A stretch of DNA of 64,000 bases from an uncultured Alphaproteobacteria bacterium (GCA_944391315.1 CALXTD010000002.1:24573-88572), one strand, 5' to 3'; shown: positions 51,579 to 60,123, counted from the stretch's first letter. The notes: a model not told the origin generated them from the sequence alone. Numbers and translations: made by a program.

Positions 51579-53959
51579 AATTCAGTATATCCTGGTTAAA
51601 AGAGCATTTGGATACAAATGCGACGGTTGATGAAATTGCGGAGACCTTGACACGCATTGGTCTGGAAGTCGAGGAAGTTTTCAATCCAATCAGTAAGTTA
51701 GACGGCTTTGTTACAGCAAAGGTTGAAGGTTTTGAAATACATCCAGATTCAGACCACTTGCATGTTTTGACCGTTAATGACGGAAAGCAAAAGCTGCAGG
51801 TCGTTTGCGGCGCTCCGAACTGCCGCTTGGGGATGGTTGGTGTTTTTGCACCGGTCGGAGCAGTTATTCCGCTGTATAACGAAGCCCTAAAAGTCGGCAA
51901 AATCCGCGGGGTAGAGAGCTTTGGCATGATGTGCTCGGAAAAAGAGCTGGGTGTCGGTGATGATCACAGCGGTATTATCGTTTTGCCTGATGATACGGAA
52001 ATCGGTCTGCCGGCTGCAAAAGTTTTGACGATTGATCCGGTGATTGAAATTTCAATAACACCGAACCGTGCCGAGTGTTTGGGGGTTCGCGGTATTGCTC
52101 GTGATTTGGCAGCTGCCGGATTGGGCAAACTCAAGCCTTTGAATATTTCTCATAAAAACAGTAATTTAAAATCTCCAATTAAAGTAAAGGTTGAAGATTA
52201 TAAAGCTTGTCCGGTTTATGTCGGGCGCTATATCAAAGGGGTAAACAACAAAGCCGAAACGCCGAAATGGATGAAAGATCGTTTGGCTGCTATCGGGTTG
52301 CGTCCGATTTCCCCTTTGGTTGATGTTACAAACTATATTAACTATGATTTGGCGCGTCCGCTTCATGTTTTTGATGCTGATAAGCTCAAAGGCGATATTT
52401 GCGTTCGTATGGCTAAAGAAGGCGAAAAGTTTGTTTCTTTAGAGGGCAAAGAATATACCTTGGATAATCAATCTCTCGGTATTTGTGATGATGAAGGAAT
52501 TCAGTGCCTTGGCGGTATTATGGGTGGGGCTGAAAAAGGATGTTCGCCGGAAACCGTCAATGTGTTTGTTGAATGTGCTTTGTTTGATCCGATTGTGATT
52601 GCTCGTACAGGTCGTAAATTCCAGATTGATTCTGATTCTCGTTATCGCTATGAGCGTTGGGTTGACCCGAAGTCTAACGTCTTGGGTTCTGACTATGCGG
52701 TTCAGCTGATTACCGAAATTTGCGGCGGTGAGGTCTATGAAATGGAAATTGCCGGCGAAGAAAATTATCAGCCGAAAGTTGCTTACATTCGTCCTGAAAG
52801 AATGAAGAGCTTTATTGGAATTGATGTTTCAAAAGAAAAAATTGTTGAGATTTTGAATCATCTTGGTTTTATAACCTCCGAAGAAAACGGAAAAATTAAG
52901 GCTGTTTCTCCGACCTGGCGCGGTGATATTGACGGTGAGCAAGATTTGATTGAAGAAGTTGTCCGCATGATTGGTTTGGACACTATTCCGGCCGAAACTT
53001 TGCCTCATGGAAAATTCCCGAAGCAGGTTTTAACGCCGGCACAACATCGTGCAATGCTGGTTAAGCATGAGTTGGCCTCGCGCGGAATGCTCGAAACCGT
53101 TACCTGGAGCTTTACCGATTCAAAGACAGCGGCAGCTTTTCGTCAGTCTGATGATGCGGTTTTGCTTTATAATCCGATTACGGCTGAGCTTGATGAAATG
53201 CGTCCGTCTGTTTTGCCGAATTTGCTGATTGCGGTAAAGAATAATATTGCCCGCGGCTATTCTGATTTAGCTCTGTTTGAGGTTGGACCTGCGTTTTATG
53301 GTCGTAACCCCGGAGAGCAAAATACGGTTGCCGGTGGTGTTCGTAGCGGAATGACATCAGCCAAAAGCTGGATTGGTGATGTTCGTCCTTATGATGTGTT
53401 TGATGCTAAGGCTGATGCTTTGGCTGCCATTGCTGCTGCAAACGGTCCGTGGGAAAATGCTCAGATTACGACTGATGCGCCGGCTTATTATCATCCCGGA
53501 CGCAGCGGAACTTTGCGCTTGGGCAAAAATGTGTTGGCTTATTTTGGCGAAATCCATCCGCAGATTTTGAAGAAATTTGATATCAAACAGCGGGTTGTAG
53601 CCTTTGAAGTGGTGTTGAATAATATTCCTCTTCCGCGTGAAAGCCATGATAAAGCTCGCAAAAAGCTTGAACTTTCTGCTTTTCAGCCGGTTGATAAGGA
53701 CTTGGCCTTTGTGGTTGACAAGTCTGTTCAAGCGGTGCAAATCATTGCAGCCGCCAAGAATGCCGACCGTGCGCATATTACCGATGTTCGTGTTTTTGAT
53801 GTTTATGAAGGGCCAAATCTTCCGGAAGGAAAGAAATCTATTGCTATTTCTTTGACCTTCCAACCGAAAGAAGCTACCTTCACCGATGTTGAAATCGAAT
53901 CTTTGATGAAGCGTGTTGAAGTGGAGGTGGGGAAAAAGACAGGGGCTATTCTTCGTTAA
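51575..53959 (+). CDS. pheT: phenylalanine--tRNA ligase beta subunit
   Basis: MKFSISWLKEHLD.., 794 aa, with tRNA-binding, B3/4, B5 and FDX-ACB-sized regions. It overlaps the pheS stop (ATGA). Confidence 0.95.
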   Translation: MKFSISWLKEHLDTNATVDEIAETLTRIGLEVEEVFNPISKLDGFVTAKVEGFEIHPDSDHLHVLTVNDGKQKLQVVCGAPNCRLGMVGVFAPVGAVIPLYNEALKVGKIRGVESFGMMCSEKELGVGDDHSGIIVLPDDTEIGLPAAKVLTIDPVIEISITPNRAECLGVRGIARDLAAAGLGKLKPLNISHKNSNLKSPIKVKVEDYKACPVYVGRYIKGVNNKAETPKWMKDRLAAIGLRPISPLVDVTNYINYDLARPLHVFDADKLKGDICVRMAKEGEKFVSLEGKEYTLDNQSLGICDDEGIQCLGGIMGGAEKGCSPETVNVFVECALFDPIVIARTGRKFQIDSDSRYRYERWVDPKSNVLGSDYAVQLITEICGGEVYEMEIAGEENYQPKVAYIRPERMKSFIGIDVSKEKIVEILNHLGFITSEENGKIKAVSPTWRGDIDGEQDLIEEVVRMIGLDTIPAETLPHGKFPKQVLTPAQHRAMLVKHELASRGMLETVTWSFTDSKTAAAFRQSDDAVLLYNPITAELDEMRPSVLPNLLIAVKNNIARGYSDLALFEVGPAFYGRNPGEQNTVAGGVRSGMTSAKSWIGDVRPYDVFDAKADALAAIAAANGPWENAQITTDAPAYYHPGRSGTLRLGKNVLAYFGEIHPQILKKFDIKQRVVAFEVVLNNIPLPRESHDKARKKLELSAFQPVDKDLAFVVDKSVQAVQIIAAAKNADRAHITDVRVFDVYEGPNLPEGKKSIAISLTFQPKEATFTDVEIESLMKRVEVEVGKKTGAILR

Positions 53960-53974
53960 AAAGTTAAAAAGCTC

Positions 53975-54226
53975 GTATAACGGGCAACTAATACAGATTT
54001 AGCGGGTCTCCTCCATCCTCACGTACTACTCTGTACGCTGCGGTGTCGTCGCCCTAAAATCTTATTATTTGCCGCGTTCTCCGAGCTTTTTGAAAGTTCG
54101 CTCTGAGGTCGATTAATACAGATTTTGCGGATAGGAAAAATGCTTATGTACTACTGTCTACACTGCGCTTTTTCCTTCCTTAAATCTTATTACTCGACTC
54201 ATTCTCCGAGCTTTTTGAAAAGTTCG
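53975..54226. repeat. two tandem ~124-nt imperfect repeats, each able to fold into a long hairpin
   Basis: TAATACAGATTT occurs at 53989 and 54113. TTCTCCGAGCTTTTTGAAA(A)GTTCG occurs at 54077 and 54202. Within each unit the 5' arm is the imperfect reverse complement of the 3' arm. Confidence 0.8.
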
Positions 54227-54232
54227 TGTTGA

Positions 54233-54270
54233 AAACAAAGAGATTGTTTTGCAATCTCTTTGTTTGTTTA
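54233..54270. terminator. hairpin terminator downstream of the XRE gene
   Basis: AAACAAAGAGATTG TTTTG CAATCTCTTTGTTT. Confidence 0.7.
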
Positions 54271-54510
54271 AGAAGCTTTGATGAGTTCAAATTTTAATTT
54301 ATAATTATAAATGGCGGCGATGACGGCGACGCGTCTTAATCCGAAAGATTTTCCTTGTTCAATGTTTTTAATTCGGTGGTGTGATAGTCCGCTGATTCTT
54401 GATATATCATCAATGCTTAATTGGTGTTCTTGCCGGAGTTCATACAACTTTTGTCCGACTTCGGCTCGATTATCTTCTAAATAAATGATTTGTTCTTTTT
54501 TTATTCCCAT
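54268..54510 (-). CDS. XRE-family HTH protein
   Basis: LYELRQEHQLSIDDISRISGLSHHRIKNIEQG is an HTH_3-type motif. Start at ATG 54510 is preceded by an AAAGGAG RBS. Confidence 0.75.
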   Translation of the reverse strand: MGIKKEQIIYLEDNRAEVGQKLYELRQEHQLSIDDISRISGLSHHRIKNIEQGKSFGLRRVAVIAAIYNYKLKFELIKAS

Positions 54511-54543
54511 TTTTTCAGCTCCTTTTGTTTTATTCAAAAACGT

Positions 54544-54699
54544 AAAAACAAAGCCTGCCAAGAAGGCAGGCGGAGCTAAACAACTGTCACTACACAGTCG
54601 CCGTTATTCGATATATTAGCGGCACTCCGCCCAATACAAGCGGAGGATTTATTTATAGTGAAGGTGTTGTTTAGGCACCGACGGTTACCTCTAACCGAC
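54544..54699 (-). ncRNA. ~155-nt structured leader/sRNA ending in an intrinsic terminator 34 nt upstream of the XRE start codon
   Basis: It is bounded by the promoter at 54706-54734 and the terminator GCCTGCC-UUCUU-GGCAGGC plus UUUGUUUUU (54544-54571). Internal hairpins are CGGUUA-GAGG-UAACCG, CUCCGC..GCGGAG, GCCG..CGGC and ACUGU-GUAGUG-ACAGU. The family was not recognised. Confidence 0.5.
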
Positions 54700-54705
54700 A
54701 ATGTG

Positions 54706-54734
54706 AGTATAAATGCCTTAGATAGAGATTGCAA
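54706..54734 (-). promoter_or_regulatory. sigma70-type promoter driving the structured leader
   Basis: The minus strand reads TTGCAA (54734-54729), a 17-nt spacer, then TATACT (54711-54706). Confidence 0.55.
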
Positions 54735-54768
54735 GGAAAAGTTTGTATAATGGGCAACTAATACAGAT

Positions 54769-54981
54769 TTAGCTTATTTGAGATTTTAGTTCGTTTAGGA
54801 TAAAAATGCGGATGGCACTTGAGAGGTTGGGGCAGGTGCGGGTTGAGTCAATCTCGGTTATCACCTCGTTGATACTTTTGTTTTTCTTTTTGCAGATTTC
54901 TTGCAATTCGGCGTAAAACTCGTCTTCAAGCGAGATGCTTGTTTGGTGGCGGTGGGCGATGATGACTGATCTTTTTATCAT
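54769..54981 (-). CDS. ribbon-helix-helix (RHH_4-type) protein
   Basis: RSVIIAHRHQTSISLEDEFYAELQEI..INEVITEIDSTRT.PNLSSAIRIFIL matches the alphaproteobacterial RHH_4 pattern (GH.TS..LE..FW...NLSSA.R.F.L). Confidence 0.75.
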   Translation of the reverse strand: MIKRSVIIAHRHQTSISLEDEFYAELQEICKKKNKSINEVITEIDSTRTCPNLSSAIRIFILNELKSQIS

Positions 54982-55457
54982 TTCTTTTGACGGAAGGCAT
55001 CAATCGAAACAACGGTTGCCGGTCCGTTGGAGGCCTTTTTCTCCGGTTCCGGTTCGGCCTCGAGTTCGATATCGTCTTCAACGGATTTTGCGCCTTCTAC
55101 ATTGAAACTTAAGCCAAACTTAGCATGAGGGTCAGCAAAGTAGGTGATTGCGGCAAAAGGTATGACAAGTGTTTGCGGAATGCCACCAAAGCTTAATTCT
55201 ATTGAAAAACTGTCGTGGTCGACTTTTAAGTCGGCGTATTGATGCTGAATGACGATGGTCATTTCATCAGGATATTGACTACGAAGATGGTCTGAAATTT
55301 TGACATGCGGATAATTGGTCTTGAACGTAATATAAAAATGATTTTCTCCCGGAAGACCTTGATATTCGGCAATCCTCAAAGCTTCAACAACCACGTTTTT
55401 TAGTGATTTTTCAATCAATCTGTCGTAGTTAATCTCGGTTAAAAATTCTTCGCTCAT
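54978..55457 (-). CDS. sspB: ClpXP adaptor SspB (alpha-type)
   Basis: INYDRLIEKSLKNVVVEALRIAEYQGLPGENHFYITFKTNYPHV..DEMTIVIQHQYADL.V is an SspB-like fold pattern. Start set at ATG 55457 (RBS AGGAAGAAG). An acidic tail ends ..IDAFRQKK. Confidence 0.75.
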   Translation of the reverse strand: MSEEFLTEINYDRLIEKSLKNVVVEALRIAEYQGLPGENHFYITFKTNYPHVKISDHLRSQYPDEMTIVIQHQYADLKVDHDSFSIELSFGGIPQTLVIPFAAITYFADPHAKFGLSFNVEGAKSVEDDIELEAEPEPEKKASNGPATVVSIDAFRQKK

Positions 55458-55483
55458 TTTTGTGTTCTTCTTCCTAATCAATC

Positions 55484-55793
55484 AAAAAAGCGGGCCTTCT
55501 GTTGCTAGGCGGCCCAAGCCCCACTTTCAACTAACCAAAGTTAAAAGAATTTTGAATTCGTTGCTGTCGCTTAAATTAAGCAGCTACGGCAACAGGTGCT
55601 ACGTTATTATCGTTAGCATTCATTTTAATTTGAACCGATAACGGTGGTATCTCACCGAGCACAGCTTGTATCTTTACTGTATCTTGTCAAACCTAACTCA
55701 CCCCCGCAGAAATGGTGGAGGTGCCGGGTTCTGCCCCCGGGTCCAATATACCTATTCTATACCGCCTCTGGTGCTACAGTCGGTTGCCCGACA
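55484..55793 (-). ncRNA. ssrA: two-piece (circularly permuted) tmRNA
   Basis: The minus strand reads GGAC-CCGGG-GGCAGAA-CCCGG-CACCTCC-ACCA (acceptor piece 3' end, 55712-55743), then a 7-nt linker, then GGGGGTG.. (coding piece 5' end). These give a 7-bp acceptor stem with a G3:U70 pair. The tag ORF GCT AAC GAT AAT AAC GTA GCA CCT GTT GCC GTA GCT GCT TAA encodes ANDNNVAPVAVAA* (55617-55576). A terminal hairpin and U-run lie at 55484-55520. The outer ends are approximate. Confidence 0.85.
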
Positions 55794-55799
55794 TTTTTC

Positions 55800-55827
55800 A
55801 ATATACATGATTTTATCTTTTTTTCAA
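55800..55827 (-). promoter_or_regulatory. ssrA promoter
   Basis: The minus strand reads TTGAAA (55827-55822), a 16-nt spacer, then TATATT (55805-55800). Confidence 0.5.
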
Positions 55828-55909
55828 GATATAAATTTGTTTGTAACTTGCGGCTTGGCGTTGTGAATTTTTGGGGTTGTGCTATTGTGCCAATATAAGG
55901 AGAAGTTTT

Positions 55910-56482
55910 ATGACGAAAATTGCTGTGTGGTGCCGTCACCAAAATGATAATGTTATCGGAATTGGGCCAAATATTCCGTGGCATATTTCTTCTGACTTCA
56001 AAAGATTTCGCCGCTTGACCGAGGGAAAGACCTTGATTGCGGGGCAGACAACTTATGAAAGTTTTCCGAATCGGACATTGCCGAATCGAAAGATTGTGGT
56101 TTTGACCTTTAATCCTGATTATGAGCTCTCTGATAAGCAAAATCATGCGGTTGTGACTGATATCAAGGCTTTCAAAGAAGCGGAAGGCGATTTTTATATT
56201 TCCGGTGGGGCTTCCGTTTATAAGGCCTTTATGACCGGCGGTGAGGGACTTATGCCTGATGTGATTGTTGATTCAATGTATTGCGGTGAGCTTAATCCTG
56301 AACTGACAGGAAAAAAAGTCGATATTACACCATGCATTGACATTATGATGAAAGACTATCGGCAGATTTCTCAAAATTATGAACGAGATAATGTTATTAC
56401 AACGGTTTGGATTCGTAAAAACACGTTTGTTGATCAAGCCGTGTTGAAACATATTTTATTAGCAATTGAGGCAGAGGATTAA
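55910..56482 (+). CDS. folA: dihydrofolate reductase
   Basis: [65 protein letters not shown] fits the DHFR pattern. Start at ATG 55910 is preceded by AAGGAG. Confidence 0.85.
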   Translation: MTKIAVWCRHQNDNVIGIGPNIPWHISSDFKRFRRLTEGKTLIAGQTTYESFPNRTLPNRKIVVLTFNPDYELSDKQNHAVVTDIKAFKEAEGDFYISGGASVYKAFMTGGEGLMPDVIVDSMYCGELNPELTGKKVDITPCIDIMMKDYRQISQNYERDNVITTVWIRKNTFVDQAVLKHILLAIEAED

Positions 56483-56486
56483 TCTT

Positions 56487-57272
56487 ATGAAACAATATTT
56501 GGATTTGTTGCGAGATGTGTTGGAAAACGGTGTGGATAAGCTTGACCGTACTGGTGTGGGAACGCGTTCTGTTTTTGGGCGGCAAATGCGCTTTGACCTT
56601 AACAAAGGTTTTCCGTTGATGACAACCAAGAAAATGCACCTTAAGAGCATTATTCATGAATTGTTGTGGTTTATTAAAGGTGACACCAATATCAAATATC
56701 TGCAAGATAATGGTGTGCGGATTTGGAATGAATGGGCCGATGAAAACGGCGACCTCGGGCCGATTTACGGCTCTCAATGGCGGAACTGGAATAACGATGG
56801 AATTGATCAGCTTGCCAATGTTATTGAAACCCTTAAACATAATCCCAATGACCGACGTATGATTGTTTCGGCGTGGAATGTATCCAAAATTCCTGATATG
56901 AAGTTGCCGCCGTGCCATATGTTGTTTCAATTTTATGTTGCTAACAACAAATTGTCTTGCATGCTGTATCAGCGCAGTTGTGATATGTTTCTCGGTGTTC
57001 CGTTTAACATTGCTTCTTATGCCTTGTTGACGATGATGATTGCGCAGGTTTGCGGGTTGGAGCTTGGGGAATTTGTTCATACGCTGGCGGATACGCATAT
57101 TTATCACAATCATTTTGAGCAGGTTAGAGAACAGCTTTCGCGTGAGCCGTTGCCTTTGCCGACGATGAAACTTAATCCGGCGGTTAAAAATATTAATGAC
57201 TTTACTTATGATGATTTTACGCTGGAAAATTATCAATCTTATGACAAGATAACGGCTAAAGTTGCGGTCTAA
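56487..57272 (+). CDS. thyA: thymidylate synthase (ThyA)
   Basis: [39 protein letters not shown]...[15 protein letters not shown], with the active site [12 protein letters not shown]. Confidence 0.95.
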   Translation: MKQYLDLLRDVLENGVDKLDRTGVGTRSVFGRQMRFDLNKGFPLMTTKKMHLKSIIHELLWFIKGDTNIKYLQDNGVRIWNEWADENGDLGPIYGSQWRNWNNDGIDQLANVIETLKHNPNDRRMIVSAWNVSKIPDMKLPPCHMLFQFYVANNKLSCMLYQRSCDMFLGVPFNIASYALLTMMIAQVCGLELGEFVHTLADTHIYHNHFEQVREQLSREPLPLPTMKLNPAVKNINDFTYDDFTLENYQSYDKITAKVAV

Positions 57273-57278
57273 AAAAAA

Positions 57279-57310
57279 TTCACCCGCGGTCGGAAGAGAC
57301 GGCGGGTGAA
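57279..57310. terminator. hairpin between thyA and the convergent small gene
   Basis: TTCACCCGC..GCGGGTGAA. A strong T-run is present only on the minus-strand reading. Confidence 0.6.
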
Positions 57311-57365
57311 AAGTGTTAGATTTAAGAGAGACAAGCGCTTCACAGCGCTTTTTTAAGGTTGGGGT

Positions 57366-57650
57366 TTATTTTTTGAGTTCATACCTCGGAACGCCGTTGA
57401 GCGTGTCCTTTTGGACGTAGCGATGTCCCTTGTAGTCGAACGTGCTTCCCAGCTCGTTGATTTTGACTACGGTTTGAGGCAGAATTTCCTTTTGTCCGGT
57501 CACCATGTTGAAAATGGCAACGTCACCGCTGATTGCTTCCTTGATAACGGCGGGGAAAGGCGCGTTGGCCGCCCATTTGTGTTTGGGGCTGGTGCTGTGC
57601 AACGTAATCATTGCGCCGCGGGCCGGACTGTCCTTCTTGACATTTGCCAT
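57366..57650 (-). CDS. hypothetical protein
   Basis: 94 aa counted from ATG 57650 (MANVKKDSPARGAM..). No motif was recognised. Confidence 0.45.
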   Translation of the reverse strand: MANVKKDSPARGAMITLHSTSPKHKWAANAPFPAVIKEAISGDVAIFNMVTGQKEILPQTVVKINELGSTFDYKGHRYVQKDTLNGVPRYELKK

Positions 57651-57896
57651 TGTGTTGAGTTTTTCATTTACTACTACTACGTTAAGACGGATTGACGGTA
57701 TTCTACACATAACTGTATTTTTTTATACATAGAGGGGCTACTTGAATTTGCCCATATGCTTGGATTAATAATATAAAATAAATAATTAATAAATGTTTCG
57801 TAACTATATAAACGCAAAATTTGTCAAATGTCAAGCGCTATTTTGAATATTTTGTCAAAAATTTTTACTTTTACAGTTATTTCAAGTGGTTATGGC

Positions 57897-58604
57897 TTAA
57901 TTTAGTAGAGTCAAAATAATCCCGATACTCAATGGAACCGATAAATTGTCGTCAATGTCAATCTTGTCCTCATACATTTCTGCAAAGGTGGCAACCAAAG
58001 CTGCAATGATTGAAGCGTAAGTTACCGGATAAAGCGGTGTGTATAACATCATTACAAACAAGGTGCAGAGGAAAAAGGCGGTTGTTCCTTCCAGTGACTT
58101 CTTTTTATAAAGCTTTCTGGTGCCAAAGGCTTTGCCAAACAGGGCGGCGCAGGCGTCTGATGTCAGCATGACCGTTAGTGCAATTGCGGCAACTGGGCGC
58201 GGAAACATCATGGCGCATAACACTGCCGCTGATAAGACATAAATTGAACCGGTCGGCTGAAAGCTTTTATGGGTTAGCTCCTTGCTCCTTAGGGTTTTGT
58301 GCAACATTACCCCAAATGTGCGGCGTGACCATTTCCAACGTTTGTAATTGCCGTATTCAAGCAAGCCGTCTATGGCTAATATGGTTGAGAAAAAGGCAAC
58401 CGATACCGTGGTCGGAAAATAATATATAAACAGCGGTATCCACAAAGAGCTTAAATGTATCAGCTTTCGTGATACTTCTTGCCGGAAAGATTTGCTCAAA
58501 CGGGATTTATAGCGCTCGTTTAGGCGCTCCATAATCTGTTTATATCTTTTGTTATATTTCTTTAGTTCTATATATCCTATTCGTCTCAGGTCTAGTCTTA
58601 GCAT
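57897..58604 (-). CDS. polytopic membrane protein, CTP-transferase/dolichol-phytol kinase-like (tentative)
   Basis: SRKLIHLSSLW and SDACAALFGKAFGTRK..KSLEGT resemble the CdsA/dolichol-kinase superfamily. The start is uncertain. Confidence 0.45.
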   Translation of the reverse strand: MLRLDLRRIGYIELKKYNKRYKQIMERLNERYKSRLSKSFRQEVSRKLIHLSSLWIPLFIYYFPTTVSVAFFSTILAIDGLLEYGNYKRWKWSRRTFGVMLHKTLRSKELTHKSFQPTGSIYVLSAAVLCAMMFPRPVAAIALTVMLTSDACAALFGKAFGTRKLYKKKSLEGTTAFFLCTLFVMMLYTPLYPVTYASIIAALVATFAEMYEDKIDIDDNLSVPLSIGIILTLLN

Positions 58605-58650
58605 AGAATGTTCCTCTTGTTGTCTTTCTTATATATTCAATCTTTTTCAT

Positions 58651-59268
58651 CTAAAAAGAGGCTATTGTATTTTTTATTAAGACGTATGTGTCTTCTCGGG
58701 CAATCATGTCGTTATTTTCATTAATTCCGGTTGAGATGTTTTGGTGACCGAGATTATGAAAAATCATCAAGCTGATGAGAATGTACATTGCACCTTGGAA
58801 AATGCGGTTTTTATATCGAGGAGCAGGGCGTGAGGTTGTGAGCTCGTCTTGAAACAATACACTAAGAATTGTTGAGCCGATGATGGCGACCGTTATAATG
58901 GGAAGTGTTAAGCTGATTTGCAGTTGAGAGAGATTAGAAAGCTCTTTGTTGGTGTTGATAACGCTTAATTCTTCAATGAAAATAGAGCAGCAGAACAGGC
59001 CAAATATCATGGTGGTTATCCATTTGTCGGCTTTTGTATTTTGGTAGCGAAACGGTAACAGCAAAATGTATATGACGTAAGGTATGGTTAAAATTAGAAA
59101 AGAGGCCGTCGTTGTCATTATGGTTATGCCTAATGATTTTATGGCTGCTTCAAAAGAGTAGTCCAAGGGAAATGGGCAGCTGTATATTTCATAAGCTGTA
59201 AAAAATGTTTCTAATAAAATATCGACGGCGTAGAATGGCAAAAGTCTGCGGATAAAATAGATATTCAT
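58651..59268 (-). CDS. membrane protein, unknown function
   Basis: Several hydrophobic segments. ATG 59268 is preferred over the track start at 59322. Confidence 0.45.
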   Translation of the reverse strand: MNIYFIRRLLPFYAVDILLETFFTAYEIYSCPFPLDYSFEAAIKSLGITIMTTTASFLILTIPYVIYILLLPFRYQNTKADKWITTMIFGLFCCSIFIEELSVINTNKELSNLSQLQISLTLPIITVAIIGSTILSVLFQDELTTSRPAPRYKNRIFQGAMYILISLMIFHNLGHQNISTGINENNDMIAREDTYVLIKNTIASF

Positions 59269-59398
59269 TTTTATGTCCTTGTTTTTTTCTTTGAGGGTAA
59301 TAATTTCTGTGTTTTTGTGCAACGGCTATTTCTTTTTTTCTCACAAAAAAAGCCTGTCTTTTTATTAAGGCAGGCTTAAAGATATTTATTTCTTATAT

Positions 59399-60043
59399 TT
59401 ATAAATCCGCAATAACGGCCATACTGATAATTTCATCAGGATTGCTGACTGCGCCGTTGGGGCCGTCTCCTTTTTTGATGTTATCGACATAGGTCATGCC
59501 GGAGGTGACTTCTCCCCATACCGTATATTGTCCGTTTAACCAATCGCAGTCACCAAAACAGATGAAAAATTGGCTGTCGGCAGAATCGGGCATCATGGAA
59601 CGAGCCATCGAAACCGTACCTCTTTTGTGCGGTCTTTTGTTAAACTCAGCTTTTAATTTTTTGCCGCTGCCGCCGGTTCCTGTTCCGTAAGGGCATCCGG
59701 TTTGAGCCATAAAGCCGTCAATAACGCGGTGAAATTTTAAACCATTATAGAATCCGGCGCGTACCAGCTCTTTTATGCGTGCAACGTGATTCGGAGCATC
59801 TTCCGGAAACATCTCAATCACAACATCGCCGTCTTTTAATTTCAGCAATATCGCATTTTCGGCATCTTTGACTTTATAGCCGTGTTTTATTTTTTTTGCA
59901 CGGCTGGGGCTGATGCCAAGCTGTTTCGTTTCAGCGTTTTTGATTGCTTTTGTTTCTGATTTGTTTAAGGCTTTTGTTTCGGTTTTGCCGAGCTTGACTG
60001 TTTCTGAATGTGTTTTTTCAGATGTTTTTTTTACGGCTTTCAT
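59399..60043 (-). CDS. cyclophilin-type peptidyl-prolyl cis-trans isomerase with a Lys/Thr/Glu-rich N-terminal extension
   Basis: FHRVIDGFMAQTGCPYGTGTGGSG..SMARS..PDSADSQFFICF is the cyclophilin core. The N-terminal ~60 aa carry repeated ETK motifs. Confidence 0.88.
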   Translation of the reverse strand: MKAVKKTSEKTHSETVKLGKTETKALNKSETKAIKNAETKQLGISPSRAKKIKHGYKVKDAENAILLKLKDGDVVIEMFPEDAPNHVARIKELVRAGFYNGLKFHRVIDGFMAQTGCPYGTGTGGSGKKLKAEFNKRPHKRGTVSMARSMMPDSADSQFFICFGDCDWLNGQYTVWGEVTSGMTYVDNIKKGDGPNGAVSNPDEIISMAVIADL

Positions 60044-60123
60044 TCTTATCTCCCTAAATTTTGTTTCTTCTTACTCTAATATAGGGTGCAGGATTTAAAA
60101 TTGCACTAATCTTGAAAAAATTT

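Noticed and set aside
55719-55745. A plus-strand reading CCGGG-TTCTGCC-CCCGG looks like a tRNA T-arm with a TTC loop.
   Set aside because: No acceptor stem, CCA or anticodon arm follows on the plus strand. On the minus strand the same palindromic stem fits perfectly into a tmRNA acceptor piece ending CACCUCCACCA next to a GGGGGUG 5' end and an ANDN tag ORF.
57800-57880. Repeated TTTGTCAAA / TGTCAAG strings in the spacer upstream of 57897..58604, considered as a possible operator.
   Set aside because: These are short AT-rich motifs in an AT-rich spacer with no adjacent regulator gene. The evidence is insufficient.
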